Source: Paraspadella gotoi
Taxonomy: Eukaryota; Animalia; Chaetognatha
Direction: 5' to 3'
Assembly (NCBI GenBank): GCA_051294375.1
Contig: CM119271.1
Span: 3,193,061 to 3,257,060 of the forward strand
DNA: 64,000 bases
The notes beneath the pieces were generated by a model that was not told where the DNA came from, searched no databases, and saw only the letters and a list, made by a program, of their open reading frames with translations. Both the position numbers and the translations under genes were made by a program. This document shows positions 1 through 12,600 of the stretch, one piece after another (position 1 is the first letter of the stretch; every line of letters starts with the position of its first letter).

Positions 1-379
1 ATAAAGAAAAAAAGATAATAGATAATTAGCCCTTCTGGGTGCAAAATCGATTAGTGATAATACTTAGTTATTAGTTTACAATGTTTCTTTACTCAGGCAT
101 AGAATCCTTGAAATTTGCGAAAAGACTCGCCTTTACAACTAAATTCGTCGGTATTTATACCTCTTCTTCGTTTTTTGATGCCAACCGCATTGAAGGTCGA
201 TCCCGCTCCTCACTAAAAATAAAAAATGGTTTATTTTAAATTAAGTTCAAGCGGTACCCCCCCTGTCTCCTCAGATCAAGCTTTTGGTCCAGCTTGGTTT
301 GACCTTCTGTCATGATTGCTTCCAGTTAGTTTTTTTTTTTATTCTGAAAACGTGAACTGCGGTTGCGGCTCTTTCCGTC

Positions 380-2527
380 ATGCCTCCCGCGTTCGACAAA
401 GAGTTGGAGGCTTCGTTCCTCCTTCTCCATCAAATATCCACCGCGGCCGACTTCCTCAACTTCAAACTCTTCCTCGGCCTGGAGAGCCCCTCCGGCCGCC
501 GTTTCTGGTCTTCCAACGGCCGGCGACTCAAATTCGATTTCATGACCAACGACTTGAACTTTGGCGACGACGACCTCTGGCTGAATCCGGGTAAGATCCG
601 AGGAAGGAATCACCGCGACAAGGACGAGCTCTTTGACCTTCGGAGCCTCGTAGGATTGGACAGTGTCGACGATAACGAAGAAACCGATTGCGACGAAAAA
701 ACATCCGACGTGGGAGGGGATGTTAAAATTAACGTGCACGATGTAGCGGAGACGGGTCCTGTTTTGAAGACGCCGACTCCTGTTGAGGATTCGCAGGAAG
801 ACGCAGAGGTGACGAATGTTGACTTCACTTTGAATCCCGAAACGGTTCCGACGAAAGAGAGCGAAACCGTAACGCTCGACGGAAACGTAATAAATCCCTC
901 TGAGTTCGTGAATCAGGAGCTCGTCGTTATTAACCCCTTCGATGATTTCGACCCCGCGAGTCCCGAAGAAAACGTTGGAGAAGATAACCAAGAAATCTGC
1001 AGTCCGCCTCGAGAAGAGGCTCTCGGGGTCGCCGGTTTCGTCGTCGAGGAGACTCCCGACACCTCGACGAATCCGGCCGGAGAGGCTCGTCCCTGCGAAA
1101 AGTGCGGACTCGACTTCGCCTCCAAACTGAGTCGCTCCGTTCACGCCGTCTATTGCGGTGAAGTCGACGCGGAGAAAGAAAACTTGGACGCTATTTTGAA
1201 AACTCACGACGAGAATGAAAAGAATTCTCGACCGAAGCTTCGATGCGAAAAATGTGGCGAAGATTCCTCCTCCAAATTGGCCGGGATCCTTCATTCCATC
1301 TACTGCGGGCGGAACGAGACTGAGAGGGGAAGGTTAAAGGACATTTTCGAGAAAGGGACACGGGTCGTTGAGCCAGAACCGAGACGAGTGTTTCGCTGCG
1401 AAAAATGCGATAAAATTCTTAAGAGCAAACGTGGCTACGCCGGACACACTCGTAAATGCGGCATCGAGGCGACGGGGGAGTCTGAAGCGGGGCGGGATGA
1501 ATCTCCGAAAGAGGGGCAAATAAATGTGGAGGGTAAGTCGAAATCCGCTTCTTTCCGCTGCCAAGTTTGTCGAGAGGTCTTCGATTCGAGGGAGAAACGA
1601 ATAAAGCACTACCGAGTCATCCACTGTACCTGCCAGCTTTGCGGCAAGACGTTTCATTGCAGCACCGCGTTGAAAAAACACTTGAGCTTCGTTCACGAAC
1701 GTCGTCAAAAATTTCGATGTCCTACATGCTCGAAGACCTTTACTCAAAAAGGCACCGTGAATATCCATCACAAGCTAATGCATGGATCGAAGAACGAGGC
1801 TTTCATAGAGTCTGTGGAGGTGGAGCTGGAGGATCCAGCCAAGGGTTGCGACGTCGAAGAAAAACTTGGAGAAAACGGCGATTACGACGCCGCCTTTTAT
1901 AAAAACTTTCCAAGATGCCGGCCGACGAGCCAACTAAAAAACGTTCGCTTGGACTGCGGTATTTGTGGCTCGATTTTCACGACCAGGGAAAAGAGGCTTA
2001 CTCACTACAAACAAGAGCACGCGACCTGCCCTAATTGCGGCAAGAGCTTTTACACTCGGTCCGAAATGGACCGGCACGTGAAAGCCGTTCACGTCAAGGC
2101 GCGATTCCCTTGTCCCAAGTGCGGCAAGACGTTTTCTCAGAAAAGTAGCATCAAGTTGCACGATCAACTGGTGCACGAGAGAAAGAACGATCACGTTTGC
2201 CCCGAGTGTGGAAAGACTTTTCCTTCTTTTGGCAATTTGAACAGCCACAGGCGGTGGTCGCATCTAAATGAGCGCAAACATCCGTGTCACCTTTGCTCCA
2301 AACGATTTTTCAATCATAATAGACTCAAGAAACACTTCAACACTGTTCACGCCAAACTGCGAAACTATCCGTGTCCGGAATGTCCCAAAAGTTTCGGCTC
2401 ACCTGAACTGGTGAGGAACCATCGCCGTTTTCTTCATTGTCAGAATCGACCCTTTTCTTGCCTTTTGTGCGAAAAGAGCTTCAAGGTTCCAGCGCATTTG
2501 AGGAGGCATCAACTTACTCATCAATAG
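380..2527 (+). CDS. Multi-zinc-finger protein (3 C2HC + 10 C2H2 fingers), single coding exon
   Basis: 715-aa ORF with an acidic N-terminal half. Three CxxC-x12-HxxxC fingers (e.g. CEKCGLDFASKLSRSVHAVYC) are followed by ten CxxC-x12-Hx3-4H fingers (e.g. CPECGKTFPSFGNLNSHRRWSH). Confidence 0.93.
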   Translation: MPPAFDKELEASFLLLHQISTAADFLNFKLFLGLESPSGRRFWSSNGRRLKFDFMTNDLNFGDDDLWLNPGKIRGRNHRDKDELFDLRSLVGLDSVDDNEETDCDEKTSDVGGDVKINVHDVAETGPVLKTPTPVEDSQEDAEVTNVDFTLNPETVPTKESETVTLDGNVINPSEFVNQELVVINPFDDFDPASPEENVGEDNQEICSPPREEALGVAGFVVEETPDTSTNPAGEARPCEKCGLDFASKLSRSVHAVYCGEVDAEKENLDAILKTHDENEKNSRPKLRCEKCGEDSSSKLAGILHSIYCGRNETERGRLKDIFEKGTRVVEPEPRRVFRCEKCDKILKSKRGYAGHTRKCGIEATGESEAGRDESPKEGQINVEGKSKSASFRCQVCREVFDSREKRIKHYRVIHCTCQLCGKTFHCSTALKKHLSFVHERRQKFRCPTCSKTFTQKGTVNIHHKLMHGSKNEAFIESVEVELEDPAKGCDVEEKLGENGDYDAAFYKNFPRCRPTSQLKNVRLDCGICGSIFTTREKRLTHYKQEHATCPNCGKSFYTRSEMDRHVKAVHVKARFPCPKCGKTFSQKSSIKLHDQLVHERKNDHVCPECGKTFPSFGNLNSHRRWSHLNERKHPCHLCSKRFFNHNRLKKHFNTVHAKLRNYPCPECPKSFGSPELVRNHRRFLHCQNRPFSCLLCEKSFKVPAHLRRHQLTHQ

Positions 2528-2716
2528 AGTTTAAGATATTTTCAGTGCTACCTATGTTTTTTTCAACGAGGCTGGATGAATTCTAGTCAATCTTTCAGCA
2601 GGATAACTGCGATTGATTAATTAATCAATTAGATTTTGTTCCCCTTTAATGTCTATATTGCGACATTAGTTATTTTTCGCATTATCGCTGGTTTCTTTTC
2701 GATCTCTCGTTTAAGG

Positions 2717-5700
2717 ATGAGTCACAAACTCCACTTCGAAGCGTTAAACGCTCTCACGTCTGGAGCCGACGCCAACGCGCCAACGTTGATTGATCGCCTT
2801 CGCGGCAACGTTACCCGCGCGGAGACTCTGATCGAGGAGGCGGGTTTGGATCGGCCGGGGAAAGCGTCGGCGGAAGAGACCGACGTGCATCGCCGATTCA
2901 TTTCCTTGAGTTTCCGATTGCTGCGCGGAATCGTCCCTTCGTCCGAGGAGGAAATGTGGAGCGTCAAGGTTATTTTTTCTTTGTTGTCATTTTTAAATCG
3001 TACCATGGCACTGTGTACTTATTTAATTATTAATTAATTAAAGGATTCGATGACGGCGAAGCGGACGATTCAATTGGTCGTCGCCTTCGGGATTCTCCCT
3101 CGACTTCGTACAGGAGTCGGGATTCCTCTGGAAAGAAGGACAGAATTCGGCGTTAAATTTGTCGACGCCGTTGACGAGGTTTTCGTCCGTTCCATAAAAT
3201 TGATTGAGATGCCGTTACGATGAGTCAAGTTTGTGAAGTTTGTTTCCATTCCAACACTTAATAGATCTTTTCCTAGGGTGGTTTCACGGAAAATCTTCAA
3301 TGTCTCGCCCACGTTTCGGAGTCTCTTCTCCGACTCTGTCTTTCCGACGCAAAATTGGCCAAACTGATTGTGGAGTCTCACTTTTCCGACCTCCTGGCAT
3401 CTCTGATCCAGGTCGGACACGAACCTCTAAAAATCCCGCGCGGTTTCGATTCGGATCGCGTCCAACAACTGAAAGACGTAAAACTCGCGGCGCGACGAAA
3501 CGTTGCCCGCGCCACGACCGAACTCTCGGCACCCTTCGTGATGGAGGAGCTGCTGTTGATGGTGAGGGCATCGTCGGCGGACACTTCGTCGCCCGCTTGG
3601 TACCGAAAGACGCTCTATCAATTGCTGTCTTCGTCGATCGCACGACCGAAAGGATTTCTTCATCTCGTTGCTTCCGTCACGTCCAACTCCTCGTCATCCT
3701 CTACCGAAGCGCAAAGGTTCGACGCCGTAGCTGAACTTGTCGCCACGCCCCCGGGAGGCGGCGCAAAGTTCGACGCTACCCTCGAATATTTGGCGCCGGT
3801 TTGTTGCCAGATTCTCCAACTGTTGGATGCCGGAAGTTCCGACGCTTCTAGGGTTCGTCTCGCCGCAAATTGCGCTCTTCGCCTCTACGACAAATACCCC
3901 GGCATCGCCGAGACGTTTCTAATTCGTCCAGCGACGGCGCCTTTTCTCGCCGCCATGGACGATGAGAAACTCTCTCCAGTTTCGGAATCCCTCGTCGGCG
4001 TCGTCCTCTTTCGCCTCGCCGCCTTCGCCTCCATTCCCAAGTCGACTTCCGGCGAAGAGACTTTCTTCGTCCGACTCGTTCGTCCCATCGTCGGCCTGCT
4101 GCTTCAGATGTACGCCTTCGTCAAGGACGGCGTTTTGGTCGTCAAGGAGACGCTTCGTGAGACTCTAACCACCTACTTTAAAACTATCGCGGTCGACGAG
4201 GCGGTGGAAGCGACGGAAGAGTTTCTTTACTTGGGTCCGAGGAGTTGTCCGCGCGGGGTCGCTGACGTCTTCGTCAAGGGCGAGAAACGCGCGAAGGCTG
4301 GAAGATATTTGACCGACCGACTCTCTTTCGGCGCCGGAGAAAATGGCGGCGTCGCCATCGTCGCGGCGTCGACCTCACTGGCCCCTGACGCCGAGGCGGT
4401 AATTTCCACCGCGGCGACATTGGCTCACGGCATAGGGCTGGAGGAAGAGTTGCTGCTGAGGTTAATGGAGAGGATGAGCGAGGAGGTGTCTGAAGACGTC
4501 GCTGCGGAAGGGGACAGCGTCGCTGGCGTCCCCGTGGCGAAGATCTTGACTTTGCGCGCGATCGATCATCTCTGTCGAAGCCTCGATCCTTCGTCGGCCA
4601 ACTTCGATCGCGTCAAAATGGCGACGTTTGTTCGGTTGACATGCGAGAGATATTTGGTAAGAAATGAGTAATTTAACAAAACCATTTTTGTAGAGTAACT
4701 AGTATATGAAAGCCTTTATAAAAATATTAAACCAAATACGCTTAATATTTTCCTTTATCAATAATTTTCTTCTCCTGATTAACAATAACTTCCCCCGTCA
4801 AAGGTGTCTCCGCTCGTACTCCGCGAGACCGTCCCCGTCGCGCTGGGCCTCGTCTCCGTCATTCTACTCACTCGATCCTTCGAAGGCGAAGACGTCGCTG
4901 ACGCTAAAACAGACTTCCGGTGCCTGACGCCCATTCTCCAGCGGACGGCGTCGGCCGACGACCCGGAGATCGCCGAGATGGCGCGCGAAACATTGGCGCT
5001 GCTCGACGAACGCGTTGAAGACTCCTCGCGTCGCGTTGCCCCCGCCTCCGAGCCTCCCTCCCAATTTCGTCGCGCTTTGAAGGAGCTGGAAGATCCCCTG
5101 GTGCCGGTAAAGGGCCACGCTCTCTTGGCTCTCGCCAAACTTGTGGACGCAAAGGATCCTGAGGTGTGCCGCGCCGGCGACCGACTGTTGGAAATCTTCT
5201 CGTCTTTTTTGGAAGAGGGCGATGCCTACCTCTACCTCAACGCAGTCCGCGGTCTCGAAGCTCTCGCCTCGGCGTTTCCCTCCGTCGTCATCCCTCGACT
5301 TTGCCGAGAATTCCACGATCTCTCCGCCCGCTCCGACGAGGCCTCCTTTCGGCGCCGAATAAACATTTGCGAATCTGTTTGCCGCACGTGCCGCCGTCTT
5401 GCCAACATGGCGCCAACCTATGCCCCGGTCATGCTCAACTGCCTCTTGGCCGGCGTGAGAGATCCCGACGCCCATGTGCGCGCCAGTTGTTTGTCCGCTC
5501 TGGCCGAGCTCCTGCGCCAAATGCGCTACTCCCTCGGCAGCGAAATCTACGAAACGCTGGCCACGCTCGGCGCCGCCGCCAAGTTGGACGCCGACGTCGA
5601 GGTGCGCCGAGCCGCCGTCCTGGCTGTCCGCAACATCCTCGAGGGGGTCGGCGTTGACGTGATCGACGCCCTCGGAGACGCCGTCGCCGAACTCTATCGT

Positions 5701-5844
5701 CTCGTAAAGTTCGTCCACGCCACAGACGCGGACGACGTTGTCAGACTCCACGCGCAGATCGCGTTGGAGATTCTCGACGACAGCATGCGGAGATTGTTGT
5801 TTCCTGAGAGAAAACTGGAGAAGAGGATCTCACTGCACATCTAA
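2717..5844 (+). CDS. TANGO6: Transport and Golgi organization protein 6 (Rtp1 family, HEAT/ARM repeats); exons 2717-2968, 3044-3178, 3277-4656, 4804-5844
   Basis: GT-AG introns are phase-consistent. Motifs QLVVAFGILPRLRTGVGIPLERRT, LEDPLVPVKGHALLAL, DAYLYLNAVRGL, DAHVRASCLSALAEL and DVEVRRAAV match recalled TANGO6/RTP1 C1-C2 regions. Confidence 0.88.
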
Positions 5845-6141
5845 TCTAATTTATTCAATTATTGTTTTTTCGTTTTTTGTCGAGATCCTAATACTTTTTG
5901 TGGGACGGCTTATTTTGACATACTTGTTACACTCTTGTGAAAACCGTTAGGGAGCCGACAACGTTTTCCCCCTTACATATATTTTTAATTCGTCAGTTTT
6001 TGAACGTTAAGTTTTTATTATGCATTTTTATTGTTCTTGATATTTTTACCTTCGATGTAGCGAAATTAAACTCTCTCCGTCGAGAAACTCGTTCAATTCC
6101 CTTCCCTTCCCAAGCCACGCCCACCTTCCCCCTCAATTCTC

Positions 6142-6966
6142 ATGCCGTCCAAACGCAAACCGACGAGTCAATGCCACCGCCAGCGCCCTCTTCCTTTCGT
6201 CTCTTCCCCGCTCTCCGCTTCTCCTAAGAATCCTCCCTCGCCTCTCCACCCGGCCTCGTTTCCAGCGGAAGCTCGTAGCGTCGCCGTCGACGAGCTCACG
6301 CCCGACGAGTTGGTCATTCTCCCTTGTTCCCAGTTGACGGCGTCGTCTTCCGAGACAACGGCGGCGCGGAACAAGCGCCGCAGTCCCCGGTTCCTCTTGA
6401 AGGAGGCGGCGCCGTCGGCAGGTAGACGACGACGCTGCAGAGGCGCCGCTGCCGTCAGGGAAAAGAGCGTTTCCCCGGGGGAGACCGGCGCCAGGGCGGG
6501 AAAGTGGGAGCGAATGGGAGGAAACGCCGGTCGTGGAACTGGTACAGTCTTCCGATCATCGTCGTCCCCGGAAAGAAGAAGTTTGACCAAAAGATTTTCT
6601 GACTTCGCGGGAAATCGGCGCCGAGAAGGCGGCATCGTCGGGGAAAAACGCAATCGAAAAAATTTGTCGCCCTGCTTGACATTAGAATCATATCCGAAGA
6701 TTCCACAGAAGAACGGATTCGCGGCGGCGCGCCTTCAACATCTCGAACTCTCCGTCCGTTCCATTCGTCGATATTAGCAAGGGCGCGCAGAAAGGATGCT
6801 TCCCGTTGACGAAGCGTTCAGAACGCCGGAGCAGCGGCGCGGCGGAGGAGCGGCGTCGAGGTGTTGGGCGCCCGAGACGCCGTTGGCGGAAATGGGACTG
6901 ACTCATACGGAGAAGGCGGCGCTTGCGAGACAAGACACAAGGGACAGAAGAAAAAACCGGTCTTGA
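6142..6966 (+). CDS. Probable RHINO (RAD9-HUS1-RAD1 interacting nuclear orphan)-like protein, broken by apparent indel errors
   Basis: The N-terminus MPSKRK...RPLPFVSSPL resembles RHNO1 MPPRKK...APLLFHQQPL. TSW occurs in a shifted frame near 6308, PCLTLES resembles PHLTFES, and APETPLAEMGLT..RRRR near 6868-6925 resembles VKDTPEDKYGIKVTWRRR. The model needs frameshifts and the end coordinate is approximate. Confidence 0.45.
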
Positions 6967-7196
6967 CTCTTTTTGTTATAACCGGTTTTTTTTATTGCTT
7001 AGTTGTTAATTAATTGCCACTTGACACGAGATTACTAATATTGCTCCATTCCTACGTTTTTATACTCATTGCCGATTTTGATATTTTATTTTTAGAATTA
7101 GAGCAAAAAATAATAACGCAGAAAAATTTTAAAATTTTAAAAGAGAATACAATCCGTCACAATTGAACATTTGTTTCACAATCACAAACCACCGAG

Positions 7197-9413
7197 ATGG
7201 GTTCCTCCGGGAATCACGCTGTGGGAAAGATCCTTCGAATCGTGGAAGAGTCGGTCGGCCGCTCCCCCTCGGGTGGGCGTGCCTGTGTGCCGCATCCGAC
7301 GACGACTCCGACAGGGTCGACGCACGTTGGCCTCGTTTTGGCCACACATAGCCTTCGACGACGAGGCCAAGCCAGTTTGCGACAGGAGCATCGTTCTCAA
7401 GGTGTGCGATGATTGCACAAAAAGTTTTCGGACAGGCCTCGGCTTAAATTAGTATTTCCTTCTTCTCTCTTTCGTCATTTTCAGCCTCTGGACGCCGTCA
7501 ACTCTGAATCTCTGGCCCACGTGACTTTCAACGACTTTTCGTCGAGCGAAACTCGGTGCAACTCCACCTCCCTAGTCATCAACGACATACGGGACCTCGC
7601 CCTGCTCTTTAAGGTAAGTTGTAACGAGTGATGTGAAAAAGCTCGATCTCGATCGAAACGCTTTTTAAATATTTCTTTAGTTAAATTAAAATCAAATCTG
7701 GGTTTTTTTCTCGTTCCAGGAAAATGTTGTTCCTCCCTTGGAGGCCAAGAGGGACGCCGAGGACGAGGAAAATCGGCCAAACAAATTCGCAAAAAAATCC
7801 GAAGGTTAGTTCATTACTTTTTAAAATATTTTTTTTCATAATCGTGATAAAGTTAATAACATCCGCCTGGTTTCGATTTCCGTCAGAGACGAAGGCACGG
7901 TCGCATCACTTGACCGCAAAGCGGAGCTGGAGGAGTTGGTCGACTCGCTCCCTCAGAGCGACGACGTCGGTGAGTCTCCGTCTCTCTTGTATTCTATCCC
8001 CTGCCCCGTCCCCTTGCTCATAGCATCGAGTCCTCCACCTTCCTTCCTCCCCGAAACTCTCCTTCAGAATCGACGGTCGACGACACCATTTCCTCCCTAG
8101 AACCCGTCACCCTGGGTTCGGCCAACGACTCTTTCCCTCTCCCCTCACAGTTCTCCTTTCCATCTCTTCCCACCGCACCGACTCTACTCAACTCGGGTGA
8201 GTCATCTCTCTCTTCCTCCAACTCTCTCACTCTCCTCCTCGAGCAATCTGGCAATCTCCCACCCCTTTGCAGCTTCATCTCCCGCCTTCCGATATTCCGC
8301 GGACAAGGAGCGTCCTTACAAATGCCCCGAATGCGGAAAAACGTTCCGACGCGGCAACCACCTCAAGGACCACGTCCGACTGCACGTGGGCGAGACCTAC
8401 CAGTGCCCAGTCTGTCAGTTCGAGTGCATCCTGCAGACGAAGTTCACTCACCATCTCACCTCGCACAACAACACGGGGCCCTTCGCCTGCGAGGTAACGG
8501 TTGTTTGGGGGGGGCGTTTTTTGCCCTTTGTAATAGCATAATCTTAATTTAATTTGATAAATAAAATAATATTGGGTAAAGTTACTATAATTTTACGTTA
8601 CCAATCAGTCTTTCCTTTTTCTTTCTCACCAGGTTTGCTCGAAAGCTTCGAACCGGCGCCCACGACCTCGCCCGTCACCTTCCCTTGATCACGGCGTCGA
8701 CTCTGGGTTCAGTCTCTCTCACTTTAGAAACTCTTTCTCCGCAATAAAGTTTAAGGACAAGGAAGACGCCGCCTACGCAGCCCGTCGAGTTAGTTTGCCT
8801 TTTAATTAAAATATTAAATGAAAAAAAAGTTTTTTAATTTTCTTTCGCCCACTTCCTTTTTCAAAGGACCCCTTCTTTCATCCCTGCCAGGCCCCCATTT
8901 TCCGCGCACATCTTTTCTGGTCGTCTTTCTTGGCCAGGCCCATCCGCCCTTTCCCCGCGCCCCTTCACTCGTCGAAGTCCACTCGCCGCCTCGGCCCCCA
9001 GCCTTTTCCCCTTGCCCTCTCCTCCCTCCCAACGGCGCCCCCTTGTTTTCTTCCATTCCCGCCCTCGACTCGGGATCCGGGGTCGCCAGCCGTCGTGCCC
9101 AATTCCGACGAGAATCTCTACGGCGACCGAAAAGCAGCTTGGCGCCCCGAAGGTCAGCGGATTCGATCCTCACAAATTTGCATTTTCTGATGCTGATGAT
9201 TAAAACTGTTTTTTTCTTTGTTTGCCTCTGTTTTGTTATTTCTTATTTCCTTCATTCCTCGTCTTCCTATTTTTCTTTATCGTTTCCCTTTTCCTCTCAT
9301 TCTGTCCTCAGTACTTTCCTATTTGGTTCTTCCTTGCAGACTTCGAGGCTGACGAACGCTTTTGCTCAGAGTCAAGTCACTCGCATGATTCCTTTCGCGA
9401 CGACATTCTCATG
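7197..9413 (+). CDS. Multi-exon C2H2 zinc-finger protein (boundaries approximate, indel errors)
   Basis: GT-AG bounded exons at about 7484-7612, 7720-7804, 7887-7969, 8023-8493 and from 8633. Fingers: KERPYKCPECGKTFRRGNHLKDHVRLH, YQCPVCQFECILQTKFTHHLTSH, and a third split by an intron (GPFACE|VCSK...HDLARH). Confidence 0.65.
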
Positions 9414-9649
9414 AGTGATATACGTTATTTTGTTATGCAAAAATTATCATAAAGTTGGACAAATTCGGTTTATATATAGTTCTCTATTAAGTATTTCAAT
9501 AATTTAGTGTTTTCATATTAATTAAGTAATTTTAAAAAACCCATTAAAAAGTGGGTTTTTTTTAAAATTAGCTTAGTTTTTTTTTTTGTGGTTTTTTTAA
9601 TGCCAACCCTGCATATAGGTACAGTACTTTTTTATTTGAAATTACCAGA

Positions 9650-12600
9650 TGTTAAGAAGAGGTCGTGCGCGGCCGTGAAATTAGGCCGTCGTAACGTTAA
9701 ACAATGAATTTTGCTTAAGCGTTCGTGGCAGGATTTAGAAAAGTGTTGATTATGAAGTTTGAACGCGCCAGGATTCAAAGCGCCTGCGGCAGAAAGATTA
9801 ATATTTTTCAACACTCCCCGAGAATGCCTACTAAGTATGTTATTGACATGAACTATGAGAAAAATATGTTTGTTTTTATGTTTATTATTGTTAGCTGAAG
9901 GTTTTTTAACTCTACACTAGCATCACACGTATTATCAACATGGGCGTTCTGGAGTCAGGGAATGTCTAGTTGCTGAGGCTTATGAAGCAATACTAAATAT
10001 TAGAAAAACTTATATGTCATGAAATCCGGGATTAAAATTAAACTAAACTAATAATTCTACATTCAACAATTAAATCTAAACTAAACTAAAATCAGTCCAG
10101 AAGCAGCAGCAGCAGAGCGGCAGATCATAACCTTGATCCGCGTGAGGAGTCAAAGAGGGAGCTACGCATAAGGGACGGGTCCTCGAGGCCGCCTCGCCGA
10201 GACGACGTCCGATTAGAGCCATCGAGCATATGGATGGCACATCGCCGGGATGATCTGTCTTCGTCGCCCAAAAGCCCGGCGACAAGGAGTCTTCACCTAC
10301 TTGGAGTCAGCGTTTAAACGTCTCAAAAGCTAGAACTTATGGTAAAGCGCGTCGTCTCAATCGTCCTTGCGAGATTGATTCGGCCAAAGGTTATGGTTCA
10401 AGGACTTAGAAACTGCAGAGAAAAGAGTGTATAGCGATAGAGAGAGAGAAAGACGAAACGAATATAGAAATACGAGATGGAGAGAGCAAAACGAGGCTGG
10501 ATAAAGAGGATGAGCTCAAAGAAAAGTTGAGAGAAATTCGAAACGGAACTGAAGAAGAATATATGAAGGTGGAGGAAGGCAGAGAGAATGGAAGTTAAGA
10601 GTGGCAGAACGTGATGACAAAATGAAAGAAAGGAGAGAGCAGAGAGGGAGAGGCTTAACGAACTAAGTGGAGACAGATTGGAAGGCGGAATGTATGAAGG
10701 TGTCTCAAGCGAAAAGTGAGTGCATTGGAGTGGGAGCGACGCAATGAGTGATCGCCCGAATCCGCCATGGATTCACAAGGAAACCTCTGCCGGAAAAGAA
10801 AATGGTGGCGCCAATCCCGAATACACCGCGCGCTGCATGAAGAAACGATAAAGAAGCTGAGGCTGTTGCGTGAGAAGCCTGTCACGATGCTGTTCTGCAG
10901 AAGATGTTGCTTGCTAAAGAAGATGCTGCTAAAGACGCTGCTGCTGAGAATGCGCGATTGAGAAAGGCATTGCTGTAGAAGTTACTGGGCTAAAGAAGGC
11001 TGCTTGCTAAAGAAGTCGCTGCTGAAGAATTTTCTGAAAAAGATGCTGCTGATGAAAGAGTTTGTCTGCCAAAGAAGTTTCAATGAAGTTGCGGAAAAGG
11101 ATGAGGAAAAGTTGTGGAAAGAGGTTGCGGAAAAGAGTTGCGAAAGAAGTTGGCGGTATAAGGATGCGGAAAAAGTTGTGAAGTTGTGGGAAGAAACTGT
11201 CAAAGGAGAAACTGAGGAGAGATCGAATCGCCCCGCTCACATTGCCGCCTGTAATCGGGAAGACGTTGTGGAGAAATTGCCGTTGAAATGCCATTGTTGA
11301 ACCCGCCGATTGCTGGCCATTTGCTGGGCGGCGTGCTATCATTTGTGTGGAGGAAAATTTTTTTGCAATTCAATCCCTTTTGAGCTTAACGTTCAGCTGT
11401 TGAGTGTTGAGGCTTTGCTGTAAACTCAATCTCATGGGACATGTTGCTGTTGTGTCAGCATTAAAGGTCATTCAACATGAAGAGCGTCGGGGAAGCCTCC
11501 ACCCGCTGCTTTCATTGTATAATTTCTATAAATCGCTCGTATGAAATAAGGAGAATCAATAAGATGGAAATGTATAAGATTACGGTTTATGACACTACGG
11601 TTTTGATCCAACTTAGTATCAACGACTCTTCACTACAGTTTAAATCGCCTCTAGCTTAGTAGATAAAGAGAAGAATGACGAGTTTAAATGATGGAACGCA
11701 ATGATTATATGAACATTGCCTAGGGCTAACCAAGATCAGTCTTCAATGAAAATATTGAAAAATGAAAAAAAAAGAAAAAAAAGTTTTAGCAATCTGGCTA
11801 GCTTGGTCTCACATTCCATACTTGCTAATAATTGATAAAATATTGAAGCATATCGATTATGATGCTCGTTCCTAAAGAAAAGAAAAAAAGACGAGAAGGA
11901 GAAGGAATCGCCTTTAACTTACTGCTTGAGCAGCTGACAAAAGTTGGAGGTAGAGACTAAAATTTTTTGTTTGACTAGACTCCACATTCAGAGGATTAAG
12001 GGTGTGAGAGAAATATTCTGGAGTGAAAGGAACTCTGGAATGTGTTTAAAAATTAACGAACACATTCAAGAAGGCTTGGATGTGTATGCCATGGAGCATG
12101 AGTTTGAGAGGACCTATGAGAGGAAAAGTAAAGGTCTTCTTTGGCTCAGAGAGACGACGATGAAAGACAACAGTGGAGTTGTTGTCTAAACAAATGCAAC
12201 CATTTTTATTAAGTTTGTGGACGGCAGGTTGACCTTTTCACTGTTATAAAAGAAGTTAAAATGAGAGAAGCAATGAGAAGATAGATGGGGCTGTTTATAG
12301 ATTTGTTTTATCTCGTTTTGGTGCCCAGCAATTAAATCACTGAAATTAACACGAAGTTTTAAGACGGAAGTTATAGAAAGTTTGAATGAGGCTTGAACAA
12401 ACGTTTTGAAAAAGACGTGAAACTGAAGTGAGCAAGTTTTGAGACAAATTTATTAAATTTGATCGTCTGCTGATACAGTGATATTAACTAAAACAAATTG
12501 ATTAATCTTGTGAAACAAGAGGGGGGAGGAAATTCAAGAAAGAACTTTCAAATGGTGATCATTTTCCCAAACATCGCACCCTCACTCTTTCTGTGAACCT

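Noticed and set aside
326-5751. Long antisense or overlapping ORFs (326-1294, 4864-5751 and others)
   Set aside because: These are shadows of GC-rich coding exons on the opposite strand with no recognisable motifs.
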